Positions 12,696 to 27,402 of a stretch of DNA of 64,000 bases are shown piece by piece. The notes below the pieces were generated by a model, which saw nothing but the letters and a program-made list of their open reading frames with translations, did not search any database and was not told where the DNA came from. The stretch is taken from contig OX597815.1 in assembly GCA_951406725.2 (NCBI GenBank), positions 96,472,001-96,536,000 of the forward strand, in the 5' to 3' direction. The stretch comes from Octopus vulgaris (lineage: Eukaryota). Made by a program: the position numbers and the translations under genes. Position 1 is the stretch's first letter. Each line of letters begins with the position of its first letter.

Positions 12696-14112
12696 TGTCT
12701 CTGGCTCTGCCAGTATGTTGTTAACATGTTGTATTTGCGGAGTATTTTTGTTTTCTTTTTGTTGCGCAGTAGCGTTGATTGTCTACTGATTTCATTAAGA
12801 ATTGACAGATCTTTTCTCATTTTTTGTATTTTGTTTCGGATGTTAGCTATCCACAGGGCTTGTTTGGGTGGTGGTACTCCTGTTTGGATGGGTTTGAGTG
12901 AGCATCCAGCTTCTTTTGTGGCTCCAGTGGCTGCTGCGTATACTAAGTCATTTAGCTCAGTGATATCGCTTTTTGTTTCAGTGGCTATTAGTTCCGTGAC
13001 GGCTAGGTTTATGTTGTTTATAATTGATGTTGTTGTTTTGTCTATTTTGATTTTTGGTTTTCAGTTCTATGATTATTCTAGTTTTTATAGTTTCATAATT
13101 AGGCTCCCCTTCGTTGTTTCCAGGTTTTAGATTTGTGTCGGTTTCTATCTCATCCGTATGTTTGTTTGTCGTGTTTTAGCTTGCTGTTTGTCGTGTATTA
13201 TTATGTATCCTTACGATCTGGGGTTTTTGTTACATCGTTTTTGTTGGAAATGTTACGTTTGGCTTCATGTTTTACTGTTTCAGTGTTTATATTATTTGGC
13301 AATTTTGTGTAGCTTCTATCTACATTTTTCTGATGTATTTTTTCTTTTAAATGTTCTATTTCTATTTCTGATATTTTTTGCGTTGAGAATATATCTCCGT
13401 ATATTTGCTAGTTTATTAGGGTTCATTGTTGTATCCAGGTCTTTATTTATGTTATTTTTCTTCCATATTTTGTATGTATGTGTTGTATTTTCGTTCTTTG
13501 GGTAGAGCACTGCTGTAAATTAAGCGTGTAGGATAGAAATGTATTCCTCACGTGTCCATTTATGTCTTTTGGGTTTTAGTTGCGGCTCATGAGGAACAAC
13601 GCCCGGCCCATTATTTTCACGGACGTCATTTTCGTAGGGTACCGGTCCGTTCATTTCTGTTGTCACGTTGTTTTGCACGTGTAGTTTTTGTACATTTTAT
13701 GTTGTAAGTTTACAGTACGTACTTCCCGATTGTTATTCTTGGGTTGAATAATACCGGTATTATTTAATTTATTCGTAGTTTTTTTTTTGTACATGGTGTT
13801 TGGGGCCGCAGATGATCTGGTGTTGATGGATCGTAATGTATCAAGCATGTTTACATGTGTTGTGTTAGAGGTGGAAATGATATCGAGTTAAAATACATCA
13901 TTTCGTTTTGAAAATAGTAATAAATTTCAATGAGTATTATTTACTCGGGCATAGTCCAATCCTTTGTCAGTCATTTTTTCGCTCCATGCGATGTCGTTGT
14001 TTTCGATGTTTGTGGATAGATTTCGGAGCACTGTTTTATCGCTCTCACATGTGTAACGTCCCCGGTGTAATCTACGTCCCCGGTGTAATCTCACGTCCCC
14101 GGTGTAATCTCG

Positions 14113-14113
<1 letters not shown>

Positions 14114-14198
<85 letters not shown>

Positions 14199-14213
14199 CA
14201 TTATTATTATTAT
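14114..14213. repeat. (ATT)n microsatellite at the 5' flank of the RLE element
   Basis: Direct reading. Confidence 0.97.
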
Positions 14214-15689
14214 TTCCATATTTTTTGTCAGAGCTGTCGACTGTAGTTGCTCCGGATAATTCTGCGGATATCAACCTGTCTGATTGCATGACGAAATAGG
14301 CTCTCCTTGCCCGCAACTATTATGTACGGACCAATTCCCAGGAACGTATTCAATATATGAATGTTGGTATATCGAAATGTGCTCCTAGATTAAAATGGCT
14401 TTGATATGCTGCTGGAGAATGAGCAAGAACTGAGATATGCATATACACCCACTACTTATTATTTCTATCTTCAATCGCATTGTTTACACACACACACAGG
14501 CGCACGCACGCACACACATACACACACCTACAAACAGACGCACATGTGTGTGTGTGTGTACATCCATTCATTAAATTTATAGGATATTGGCAACAGAGAG
14601 AATATCTTCTGCTTGTAAGTAGCAAACCGAGTAACATATGGAACTCTATAATTTGCTCTGGAATACAACCCAGTAGATATCAAGATATATATAATTCTTA
14701 ATTATGCATACCACTGTTATATACTTTATCCACTTGCAATTCGATCTGCGTATATGAAAAAATTGATAAAGCTATGCTGTGTCATACACAATACATTTAA
14801 GCCAGAACGTGGGAAATATAGATAATCGGGTTAAAATACAGAAGCAATAATGTAAAGTTTCGTTAAAGACTTGAAAAGATGCCTTCAGTTGAAACAATTC
14901 GTTGATTTTCAGGATGAATGATCATCAAAACCATTGAGAAATCTGGCCTAGCCATTCAGAGTTGTTTAGCGTAACCGACACCATGAACTAGACATTAATT
15001 TCATCTTTGTACTGTATCATTATTTCGTTTATGTTTCTGTGTAAATGTGGAATACATAACACTTATAAAAGCAAAACCTCCAATATTCAATTTCATTTTC
15101 TATTTTAGAATGTTATATTCAGATAAAAACATGTTGCGATACAGAGATATATAACGGTATGTGTTAGTGTATATTTGATACATTTCCGTACAGCTGGGAT
15201 TACAGAACTTACAGGAAAAATTATATTGCATAATATCCATACATAGACTAATTTGTTGCAACGTGAAAAAAAAAACAATATTCCAAAGACAAAATAATGA
15301 AATATTCTTTGTACAAATATTACTATTCGCAAACCTACAACTATATGCACACTTGCTTTTATTATAATATATTTTGTAATTTCTACAAGAAATTAACAAA
15401 CACAAGAGGAACCCTCATTTTTAAAGTGTAAAATTTCTATACTTTTGTGAGCGAGCTTGTGTGTTTGCTTGCTGATAATAAAAAGCTCTCCTTTTAATAA
15501 TGATATTGGAAGATTTCTGTTAAGCGCTTCTTGATATATTTGGTTGTTTATAATTTATGGGTTTTCTATGTTCTAATTTTATAACCATATTGTAATTTTT
15601 CCGAAATGGCTACGTTTGTACTGTGATAGAGTTATTATTTAGCATTAGCTGATATTGAAGGGGCAAACATTCTTTCTATCTCTCTCTTT

Positions 15690-16444
<755 letters not shown>

Positions 16445-18811
16445 AGATAGGAAATGACTGACATGAAGCATATAAATTGTAAATGCAGTCTAGCACGTAA
16501 TAGATTGATTAAAATTTAGGGTAAGCTGTGTGCAACAAATTATTTTTAATCTATTAATACGAGAACAGTAATTATCGAACCAAATTGATGGTAACTGTTG
16601 TCAAGAAAAGCCAGGAGCAAAATTCCGAAAGCAATTATACTAAAATTTAAGTGGTTCATGTGGGAGAAATGAAACTAACATTTGATAAATACCGTAACAA
16701 CACATAACGGCGACGGTTATTATTTCCACCTGCTCGGGAATGCTTCGACTCAACCGTACTTCTCAGATTATTCAAGAACTCAGAGAGTGATAGTCTTCAC
16801 GAATGAATATTCAGAAATTACACGTGAAAACATTTCGCTCAATGATTGGCTGGTTAGATAAAGCATAGTTAAATTGACTACTATATGGGGTAAAAAAAGA
16901 TCAACCTTAAGCGTGTGCATCTTAAACGATCACCTTAAACGTGTAGCTTATTTATGTACTTCATCGCAACGTAGCAACAAGTCTACTATGTGGAATGTAC
17001 ATTATAAACATTGACTGGCGTGGCAAAATTGCACATTCTAATAGCATAATTAATAATGTTGAGTGTCACTATAATTTCAAAAATAAATTATAAATATGAC
17101 TTCAATAATGAATTATACATATGACTTAAAAATATCAAAATGTGAAACGCTCCTCGTGATCGCAGATTCGTGAGATGGTTGTGACCTGTAAACAGCTTTG
17201 GGTAGGAACCAGAAATAAAAGTATGAAAATACAATGAACACATGCACACTGGATTCGTGAAACGGAAGAGAAGAATAAAAACGCAATGTGCATATCACAT
17301 CTCGCTTCATCTCACTGTTATAATTATGTTGATGACACCATATTTTACGTATCTTTTTCCCAAACTTTTCTCCGCGCTTGGAGGGGAGAAATTAAGAAAA
17401 GCAGAAAAAAGAAAGAATTGAATTGCTGTTTCTATTCCCGTTTCTATTCACTGCACTGCCACCTATCGGAAATATCCAAATGATATTGCAAATATAACCT
17501 GAAAATTAAAGGCTATATAATAGGATGAAAATAATATTCTTATATATAGAAACAAGGACAGTTATTAAAGATTTCTGGAAAAATATCTCGACTATCCTAT
17601 AAACTCCAGAAGCAACTTTTTAATCCATACATGTATATCAATTAAAAAGTTGTAATAAAATACTATATGTAATTGTTTATATTTCACGATATTTATACCG
17701 TTGTAAACGCGTGTACGCTCCTACTACTGTCCTGACAAGATATTCGGTACCTAATATTTACTAAATACTGTTCCTTTATGTTTCTGCCTTTGTAAATGAA
17801 TCACGCCGGTTCCTCAAAATGCTCTGAAAATAATAGACGAATTTTCACAGAATCCTAGATGCAGAACCGGTGTGTTTTTGTGGGGGACTGGCAGAGCAAT
17901 AATTTTAGCACCTACATACAACCAGAGGATATTGATATATTTTATATTATCAGGCAGGGTGTCACATTTGACAAATCAACTAAAAGACGTGTAATATTCT
18001 AAATTCTTTACTTGTCCATAAACACTCACCCATTAAGATTACTGCATGTATTAATGATTTTCTAAATAAAAATTCATCTGATTTTGTCTGTTTCTCGTTT
18101 CTCAGGATAATGTTCATGAATTGAAAATGTTCAATTCATCTGTTAGATCTGCAATCCATCAGTAATTTTTGGATTTGTCACCATTCCCACTGCCAACTTT
18201 TTGTCTCATTAATTACACTTTTATCAAATATGGTGTTCTTAAAACAGTTAAACTTGAACTTGTACTGCAAAGATTAAACAGTTTATTATATGACATAAAT
18301 AATATCATTAGATATTTAAATCCTACATGACAATTCTGTATGGCAATTCTAAATGACAATTCCTTGGTACCAATATATTGCTAATGACCATAAGAAGGGA
18401 GCAGAAAAGATGCACCATTGAGATATTACCTAAAATATATTTATCAAAATATATAATTGTTTTCATGACACGTCTGACACCAAAGTGCATTATTTTAACC
18501 AATTACTAACAGCTTTCCGTTCAGATATCAAATATACGTACACGGAAAGATAGCTACAGAGAGCTTCTGTTACATATGCAGGCATTATTTAAAATATTTT
18601 GAAGAAAAATTGCTCAGATTGTAAATTTGTAAATGGGTTGGAAGTACGACTTTTAAGTTATTGTCTATGAAAAACATTTTTGATGCAGTGTTGCTGGAAT
18701 GTTCTTGTTTAAAATATTGAAAATATCAGAGAACTCAAAAGTCAAGTTACTCTAAAAGAAAATACCAATAGACTCAGATATATATTAACCACTGTTTGTG
18801 AGTCTTCTATT

Positions 18812-18868
18812 CTTTTATTCTTTTACTTGTTAGAGTCATTTGGCTGCGGGCAGGATGGGGTACCGCTT
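18812..18868 (-). mobile_element. SINE 3' tail fragment (family of 53869-54279); another at ~50325-50375
   Basis: CTTTTACTTGTTAGAGTCATTTGGCTGCGG is the reverse complement of that SINE tail. Confidence 0.6.
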
Positions 18869-18899
18869 GGGAAGAAGTGTGGGACACTTTCCAGACGTA

Positions 18900-18990
18900 G
18901 GTTTCTGAAGTCCGCATCTACCTAAGCACTAACTAGGCCCGACGTAGTTTAACTTCGGTGGTCGGAGGAGGACGTGATACGGCAATGTAG
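18900..18990 (-). pseudogene. 5S rRNA-derived relic (5S pseudogene or SINE3 head)
   Basis: Reverse complement CTCCGACCACCGAAGTTAAACTACGTCGGGCCTAGTTAGTGCTTAGGTAGATG matches the animal 5S core (GTCCGATCACCGAAGTTAAGCAACGTCGGGCC.GGTTAGTACTTGGATGGGTG); both ends degraded. Confidence 0.8.
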
Positions 18991-19496
18991 TATTCGCTTG
19001 GTACAATTTATAAAAGCTTCTATTCGTGATAAGAATATACAAGAAATAATATTATTTTAGATCTGTGCGGACGACAGCATTTCTGTGAAAATAGTAGGAA
19101 AATATATTTCATAAACACACTCACACACACACACATACACAATCACAAGCACATACATGCATACACACATACACACAAATACACACACACACACAGAGAG
19201 AAACAACCTCACTTTTAGTTGCAATGCTCAAGTAAAAAAAAGTGTGATATTTTGAATTCGTTGAATACGTACGCTTCACGTTTGTGTAATGGAAATATCA
19301 TTCTCAGTTGAATCACTTTCGAAATATTTTGAATAAATGATTGCAAACTATCACTATTTGGTTTCTCTTTACTATTACATCGTATACGACCCGGTGTTTA
19401 TAGAAACATCTTGGTACAGGCTACACTTGTGAGGTTACTCTAACAATTTGATTCGCAACTCCACTGCTTAGCGTAACATAATACACACATACATTA

Positions 19497-19565
<69 letters not shown>

Positions 19566-20147
19566 TACGTATAGTGACATTAAGACCGAAATTTAAGACA
19601 CGTAGTAGGAAAAGTTGAGAGTCCTGTTGCGTCCGTTTTGCTTGTATTAAAAGTTTAGTCAGAAAGTTTTAATACATGAGTGTTTCAAACTTTGGTCAAT
19701 GTAAACAGCTTTAGAGAAGGTGTTAATCTAACACATAAATATCACTACTTGACTGGTACTTATTTTATCCACTCCTAAATAATGGAAGCAAAGTTGACCG
19801 TAGCGTGTGTGATGTAGGAAAATATGAAACCTTGTCATCACTTAAATATTCAGCATACCATAATTATATTATCACTATATTGCTTTTCCCGATGCCACAT
19901 ATGCTTTTATGCTAATCCACATTCTTGTTTCAATATGGAAGTTATAAGAGTTAAAATAAATACCACATACACTAGCATAAAATATTCTGTGCAGGTATTT
20001 ATGAATAAATTAAATGAAACAAGGTGGATACCTTTCCTGAATACGATTCATACACCATAGTCAAATTCTCTTTTTTCATCGTTGCCCCAATTTACAATTG
20101 GTTTAATAGGTCGAACGTCTTAATATGTACTAATATTGGTTACAGTC

Positions 20148-20562
20148 AAGGCGACAACCTGATAGAATCGTTAGTATGTCGGCAAAATATTTCGCGGCAC
20201 TTCGTTCGACTTTACGTTCTTAATCTAAATGACGCTGACATTGACTTTACCTTTCATCCTATCGGGGTTGATAAAATACGCATCAGTTGATCAATGAGGT
20301 CAATGTAATCGACTTTTTCCCTCCCTCCCAACTTTCTGACCTTCAACCAGAATTTGAAACAATAGTTAACACTAAAGCTAGTGCGTTAGCAGAATACTTA
20401 CTGCGACGGGCAAAATGCTTAGCAGTATTTCGTGTTTGCGCTCTACGTTCAAATTTCGATGAGGTCGACTTTACTTTTCATCATTTCAGGGTCGATAAAA
20501 TAAGGAACAGTTGAGGATTGCGGGTTGATGCAATCGACCCATCCCCCACCTTATTATTGCTG
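20148..20562 (+). mobile_element. Two tandem decayed SINE copies (family with CTTTCATCCT.TCGGGGTCGATAAAAT motif)
   Basis: 20148-20362 and 20374-20562 align to each other and to 59810-60060 (+) and 45885-46092 (-); fragments also near 19740-19810 and 26040-26160. Confidence 0.75.
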
Positions 20563-22805
20563 GTTACATTTATACACGGGTTGAATATTCTGTAATTAAC
20601 TATAGGTATCAATGGTATTGTTATCCAAATAGGATGCCTTTATTTTCCCGTTAGAAATAGTAAAACATTCACTCAGATCTTTGGTATATAACCGGATACC
20701 TCACTTAAAATGAGTCATCCAGTTAATGTTGTCCGGGATACACTTTGCCTGGTCTGCTTGATCAGGACTGACCTACGGCTAAACAATTACGATTAGGACA
20801 ATAAAGCTTGCTGTATAATACCGATGGCTTTAATTAAATCCCCCCCTTTTTTCTCGTCACAGACGCTGACCGTTACTAGTTTTCTCGGATTCTTATTTTT
20901 CTCTCTCACCATATTAATATTGATTAACATCCGAGGAAGAAAAGAACAGAAGCAATAAAACCTACATGAAAAAAGTGTTAAATTTATGTCTGTTAATGAA
21001 ATCTGACAATCATGAAGTTTTCTATTTGCAAAGCTTGAGAAAATAGGAAAATATGATATTCATAATTTCCTCAAGGACATGAACGATCTAATTAACATAA
21101 TTACAAACTCTAGTTCACCGAGATATTTTTTAGGCTCAACAATATAACTTTGCCTGTATCAATAACAAGCTAGTAGCAAGAATAATAAAATAGAATTGAC
21201 AGAAATACACGCATACAATACTGGATTCGCTTGCTTTTGGATTTTCTGTTTCTTGTTGGTTTACAGAGCGTCACGTATTTCTGCCGCTCCATCTGTCTGA
21301 AAACAATTACTGTTCGTTTACTCTAATAAGGATGTTTTTATATTTACACCTTGAAATCGCACGTTTATTTATTTTTTTTCGGAAATGACCGAAAAAAGTG
21401 TGATTATTTCTGTCGGTGGAAGCCTCTCCTAACTTCATATATATATATATATAATGAGAAGGGAGAGAGAGAGAGAAAGAGATCGGTTGTCGATGTGTTA
21501 TTTTTGATAATATTGTCAAGTGCACATGGGGTAACATGCCACGATAACAGGAGAGCGAATGAATCTTTGTAAAACAAGAGATATCTGCTAATTTACGACG
21601 TTATTCCTCACGTTCAACATCCGGTAAACATATTCACAACAACACACGAAATACTACTACCATTACCATGTTTTTAAATAATTACAGCAAGAAACAATGC
21701 TGCTGTCAGTAATTATAGCAACAACAATAACACTTATTTTACCAGTGAACGTATTTCTAAAGCAGATATTAAAAACGTAACAATGGAAACAACGTCCATA
21801 CCAAAATCCAATCCACTGTTACAAAAGAAAAAAACTACATTTTTCCACCACCGTCGTCATTACCATTATCAATGCAATGTTGTTCAGTAAAGCATCATAA
21901 TTGTGAGTCGTGCATTCTCTTGTAGTTAATGAATCATTCAGGCGAACATACAAGGACTGCATATTACGACCTGACTTGTTAAAATCAGAAAAAAAATGTT
22001 CAAAAGGAGACAATATGTTGCAGTTGATTAAACTAGAGATCCGCGGACACAAAATAACATAGGGGTCTAAATGACGTTACATAGATGGGAGTGAAATAGC
22101 ATCGGTATCCAAAGATCACAGCAACGAGTAAGCCAATAAATAGCGAAACGCGCATGCTCTTCAGTTGATTATTTATTAATGTCAAACAGTAAAACTGTGT
22201 CACTCAAGAAATGTCAGTTGAGACAAACAAGCTGAGACATAGCCTCATTGGCAGCAACAGCAGCATCAGTGGCAAGACAAATACTGAAACCCGTAATGGG
22301 GGTATGGATATCTTTGGAAAAGGGAGTTGGGAAGTATAGCCTTAGGCCTAAAACCAATATAAGCACCAACGTGAGACGTGCTGATATTGACATACATATA
22401 AATCAACATCTAATACTTTCCTCCAAACTCTCATAACATAAGGACAGGACACCAGAAACGAAGAAGTAAACCGTCATCATAATGCATGTGATCCGATACA
22501 ATCTACGTATTTAAATAGCAAATTCAGCGATGTTGAGTCCGGGATAGCGCGTCTATGCACTAGCAATGTTACGGACATGTAAGTATTTTGTCCCTCCAGT
22601 TATGCACTCATTGACAAGTATTGACCGAATACAACATGTACGTAAAATGACAGAGGATTGCACTTACAGCACGTACTCCACAATCGACTATGGGCTCCAG
22701 TTCCAACGCAGGGAAGGTTCGGACAATGGTGAAGTATAAACAATAACACAGATGAGCTGAAGTTACTACAACTGTTCCAGGCATTTCTTTACTTCGTGTA
22801 ATATG

Positions 22806-22854
<49 letters not shown>

Positions 22855-23656
22855 ACATCTTTGCTTCAGGTGAATTAAGATTAAAATTAAACGCTTAAGA
22901 TTCTTCACATAAATAGGACATAATGCTAGCTGACGCTCCCACCTAGGTTACCGCTGAAAGACATGATAAAATATCATTGTTCATTAAAAAAAATCCATAT
23001 CTGAAACGGCTGTAATTAAATGCAATCTATCAGCGTTACACACACACACAGAGACACATGTATAAATCGATATACATATTTACATCACACTTATTTACAT
23101 ATATAGCTAACAGACTTAACTTAAATCTCATTTTAGACGCGTACGTACATCATATCAATTCACCGAAATTGAGGCGGAACAGAAATTCTACTTCGTTTTC
23201 AAAATATATGTGGTTCCTAAACTAGAGCGACCACGGTATTAGTAACATCTTGCAAAGCACATTTGCAAAGCTGATGCATATTTATGTGCAAGTAAAAATT
23301 TCGGTGTGCAAACTTTGCATGATGACGTTATCAATACGAAACAGAAAAAAATGATCTTTAACAAATATTTTTTCTATAAATTGTGTTCGGAGTAACTGCA
23401 AATTCATTTAACATATAACTAACATTTTGAATAAGGGCCAGAAATATGTGACTACTACAAGGAAAAGTAAGTCCGTATATCGACGCTAGTTCCCTTCTTC
23501 TTCAACAAACAAGTTTCACTTATAATTGGTATTTATTTTACAAATTTCGTTATTAGCCACTCAAAATTTGTAACTTGAAACTTGAAAATATAATTTCTGC
23601 TATAACTAGAAGAGGGTAATATCCACGTGTGTACATATGCATGTTTTTATATTGTG

Positions 23657-23687
<31 letters not shown>

Positions 23688-24959
23688 GTCTGGATCTTCT
23701 GGATACCAAAACCTCCCATATATATGTATATATATGTGTGTATGTGTGTGTGTGTATTTGGGTGTTCTCATCTATATCGATTAATATAACTATACACACT
23801 GATACACAACTACGCACAAACATACGCATACAGACTCACACACACATATCTGTCTATGTAGGTAACATATACATACGCCTCTAAATACATATAGGTATGT
23901 GTATGTGTATGTATGTTTCTCCGATATATGTACGTGCACAACAAGTTTTGCTCGATGTATCTTACATTGGGAAATATTCAAAGAACTATTGTTTAAGACA
24001 TTGGAAGCGGTTTATGTAATATCATTGCTATGTAGTCTAAAGAGATTTCAAAAATACCCGAAGTAAAATATCTTTATTGATATTTTTTGAAATAGACTTA
24101 ATTAAATTATTTTCCTGATGACTTAATTCTTAAAGCTTGTAGTTATAATGTCACTAAATTCTTGTCTGAATTTAGATTTTAAGTTTTAGACTTGCTAGAC
24201 ATATACTAATGTTTGTACCTATACCATTGATTTGGTTTCAGAAATTTTTTGGTCTATACGTATAGTTACTGACACAGCCGGTCAGGGTGGTGGGGGAAGA
24301 CTTGTATTTATATGCCACTATATAAATTCTAGTCTCGACATTTTCTTGTGAATGTCGATGAAGCAAATGCCAGACAAAAAAAAAAAAGATCTGGATGTTT
24401 TTGTCAAATTATTGGACATAGCGGTCCTGTAAATATTGAAATCGTGTTAAAAATTATTTGATATTGAATATTTTCATTAATATATTATTCATAAAATTAA
24501 TATCATTATAATTTTGGAAATGTTATCAAAATAATCACAAAAAGACCTGGCTCATTTATGTAATTAGATGAATATCCACAATTGGGATACACACACACAC
24601 ATACAAACGCGCACACACATACGCATGCACACAAACACACACATACACAAACACACACACATATACACTTATATATATACATATAAATATCATTAATGTG
24701 TAACATAATAAACAGACTAAACGTGAGATCAAATCATAGTAAGTGAAAATTCAGATTAGAAAATAGTCGTCAACAAATGGAATAAACGTCTTTTCCGCTT
24801 CTCTCTTCTGACTATTTAATACACTCTCTACCATTTTGATTCCTCGATTTTCAGAAGGACGGTCAGATTAATCCATGATTAATCCTATGCATTTTTTGCA
24901 TTAGGGAACTTACAGTCAGCTGTGTTTGTTCAACACACACATATATACATACATGTAAA

Positions 24960-25237
24960 GTCTCATGCCTCAGTGGTTAGAGCGTCCAGCTCACAATCAT
25001 GAGGTTCGAATGCCAGACTTTATTTCACAATCATTTATCAGTAGAAATGAGCTGAACTGTGACTGGTGTCAAGCTGTACCGACCTTTGCCTTTCACTTGG
25101 ATAACATTCGTGGAGAGTGGACGCTGATATGCATGGGTGACTACCGATCTTCCATACACAGTATTGCCCAGACTTCTGTTTCGAAGGGAAACTTTCTAGG
25201 TGCAATCCCATGATCATTTCTGACCGAAGTGTGTCTT
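24960..25237 (+). mobile_element. tRNA-derived SINE (third family), followed by (ACAT)n at 25268-25372
   Basis: A box TGCCTCAGTGG-TTAGAGCG and B box GGTTCGAATGCC. Confidence 0.7.
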
Positions 25238-25268
25238 GAAATACATCCAAACAGAGATATGTACTTAC

Positions 25269-25299
<31 letters not shown>

Positions 25300-27402
25300 C
25301 ATACATACATACATACATACATACATACATACATGCATACATACATACATACATACATACATACATACATGCAGACAGACAGACATTCATTTCAGTACCA
25401 CTTAAACTGCTGCAATCAGTCGGTAGTTGTACAAGTTGGTTTTAGAATTTATGCTGCTCACGATTTAATCCGGATGCTCAACATTTTCGAGAAACATTCT
25501 CAGGCCGACTCATTTCGTTTGATCTGAATTATGTTAAGAAAACTGTGTGATATCCCACTGAATACTTTTAGCTGTCAACGATGATGGTTTGAATAGATCT
25601 GTTGGTCTGAAACATTATATCAATATTACTCTGCTAGGAGTATTTATCGCACTTAGTTCGATTGTATTTATATTTGCATAGTTGCTCATTTGATCCTTAC
25701 CCACCTTGGTTGAACTTTTATCATACCATGCGTTGAATGCCTCGTCCTCTAATATAAGAGATTATCACTGATCTAAACATGATCTATCATATATTTAAAC
25801 ATGCGACATGTTGAGTTACGAATAACGTATAATTTCTTTAAGAGGCAAAGTACATCCAACGATTTCGTTTAGAGATGCAGCATAAAGGATGTCATGGTGT
25901 ATTCTATAACAACTGTCCTGCTACTTGTGGTAACACAATATTGGATAAATTAAGGTGCATTCTTACTCAGGAGCAACTTTCTTAGATTCCAACAATGCGT
26001 TGCAGTTCTGAAAAATTGGGAAATAATGGTTTCTAATTTAAATACAAAAACAGCAATTTGTCGGATGGAATAATCGATGAAATCGGTCTCAGTTCTTGAT
26101 TTTTATATTTGTATCGATATAGTAGGATGAAGACAACTTAGAGTGGATTAGAACACATATTCTGAAGTACTTTAATTAAAATCAAGAAGGTATTTTGTTA
26201 AGAATTGTGTTTGTTCTACCAATGCACTGACCTGATGAACGTAGACATAATAGCACATAATATAGAGTAATTTCATTCTAGATCCTGAGGAAAGAACACT
26301 AGTGTGTGCGCGCACGCGCGCGTGTGTGTGTGTGTGTATGTAAGTGAATGTGAAATTACTAAATAACACGCTAAAAATGTCTAGACAATTTTTCATGTTT
26401 TGCCGGAAAGCAACATATATTTTATTTATTATTATTCTTGTGTAATCGAACAAGTAACAAACTACAATAATGGTAATGGGATTTCCATTCTTGAATTGTT
26501 TGAAGAAAATGTTTTCCTTTAAGGAATATGTCACTAACTTTAGTTTCTTTGCTGAATGGTCAGACAGTGAATATGAGCACATCAACATGACAATAAATAT
26601 TACATTCAACTTTCTCTTATGTACTTATTTTGTTATAGTTTATTAAATTGAACAATTCATATTTAAGAAATTTACAGATCTGCAGTTCCTTTTGAGGCAA
26701 TTTATAGAGATCATAATAGTATGTTAAATACACACTAATATGAGGTTGTTAATTTAGCATTACTTTTTATATAACCATAAAAATGTTTTGTAGTTATAAC
26801 AAAAAACAGGCCTGCATCATTTCCGGAACGAATTAGTCTTGAAATTTGTCATCTATGTCTATGGATATTTCTGTTGTTGTTTCCCTATTAATATACTAAT
26901 TCGGCCTACAACGTCGGGGCACATGTGTGTAGAATGATTCAATGCAGTCGAGGGTTGAATTTGGGCGTTATTTCTTCGTGCACTTCATGGGAAGCTGGCG
27001 CAATTATACCATGATCACACAAAACGATCGTAGTACTTCCTGTCAATTGTATTATTCTATATAAATGAGACTCCTGAAATGATGAGTGCTAATGGTTTCT
27101 ATAAAGAAAATACGAATTTCTTGATAAAAGATTAAAAGTGTATTAAGTAATGCCTCAAAAAGACTCTGTCCCATAACAAGATTAAACAGTAAATTCCGAT
27201 AGGACGACATATCCTGCACACCTTCAACTCAAGTTCAAGAAATATCCTAAATTCAAGTCTGTAAATAAAAGGAATGGAAGAAGTAATCGAGTACTGCTTC
27301 CATTCTTTATTCACAGAGAAACACACACTACACACACGCTCACAAACACATTGTATAAAATATGTAGTCAATTTTGTATATTATATATATATATATATAT
27401 AT

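Larger units (their letters stand above)
10345..14113 (-). mobile_element. Near full-length, degenerate R4/Dong-type RLE non-LTR retrotransposon (family A)
   Basis: N-terminal KRHKWTREEYISILHA...NKLANIRRYI (~13570-13385); RT ORF 11910-12695; CCHC/RLE remnants 10340-11127; frameshifts/stops and an apparent internal deletion near 12725; (ATT)n on both flanks. Confidence 0.92.

Noticed and set aside
14056-14110. Short direct repeats as a CRISPR-like array
   Set aside because: Repeats are contiguous with no spacers, the context is eukaryotic, and there are no cas genes.
20755-20792. TGATCAGG...TAAACAA similarity between a SINE-like tail and the RTE 3' end at 27403-27440
   Set aside because: Too short and diverged to support a SINE-LINE partnership by eye.
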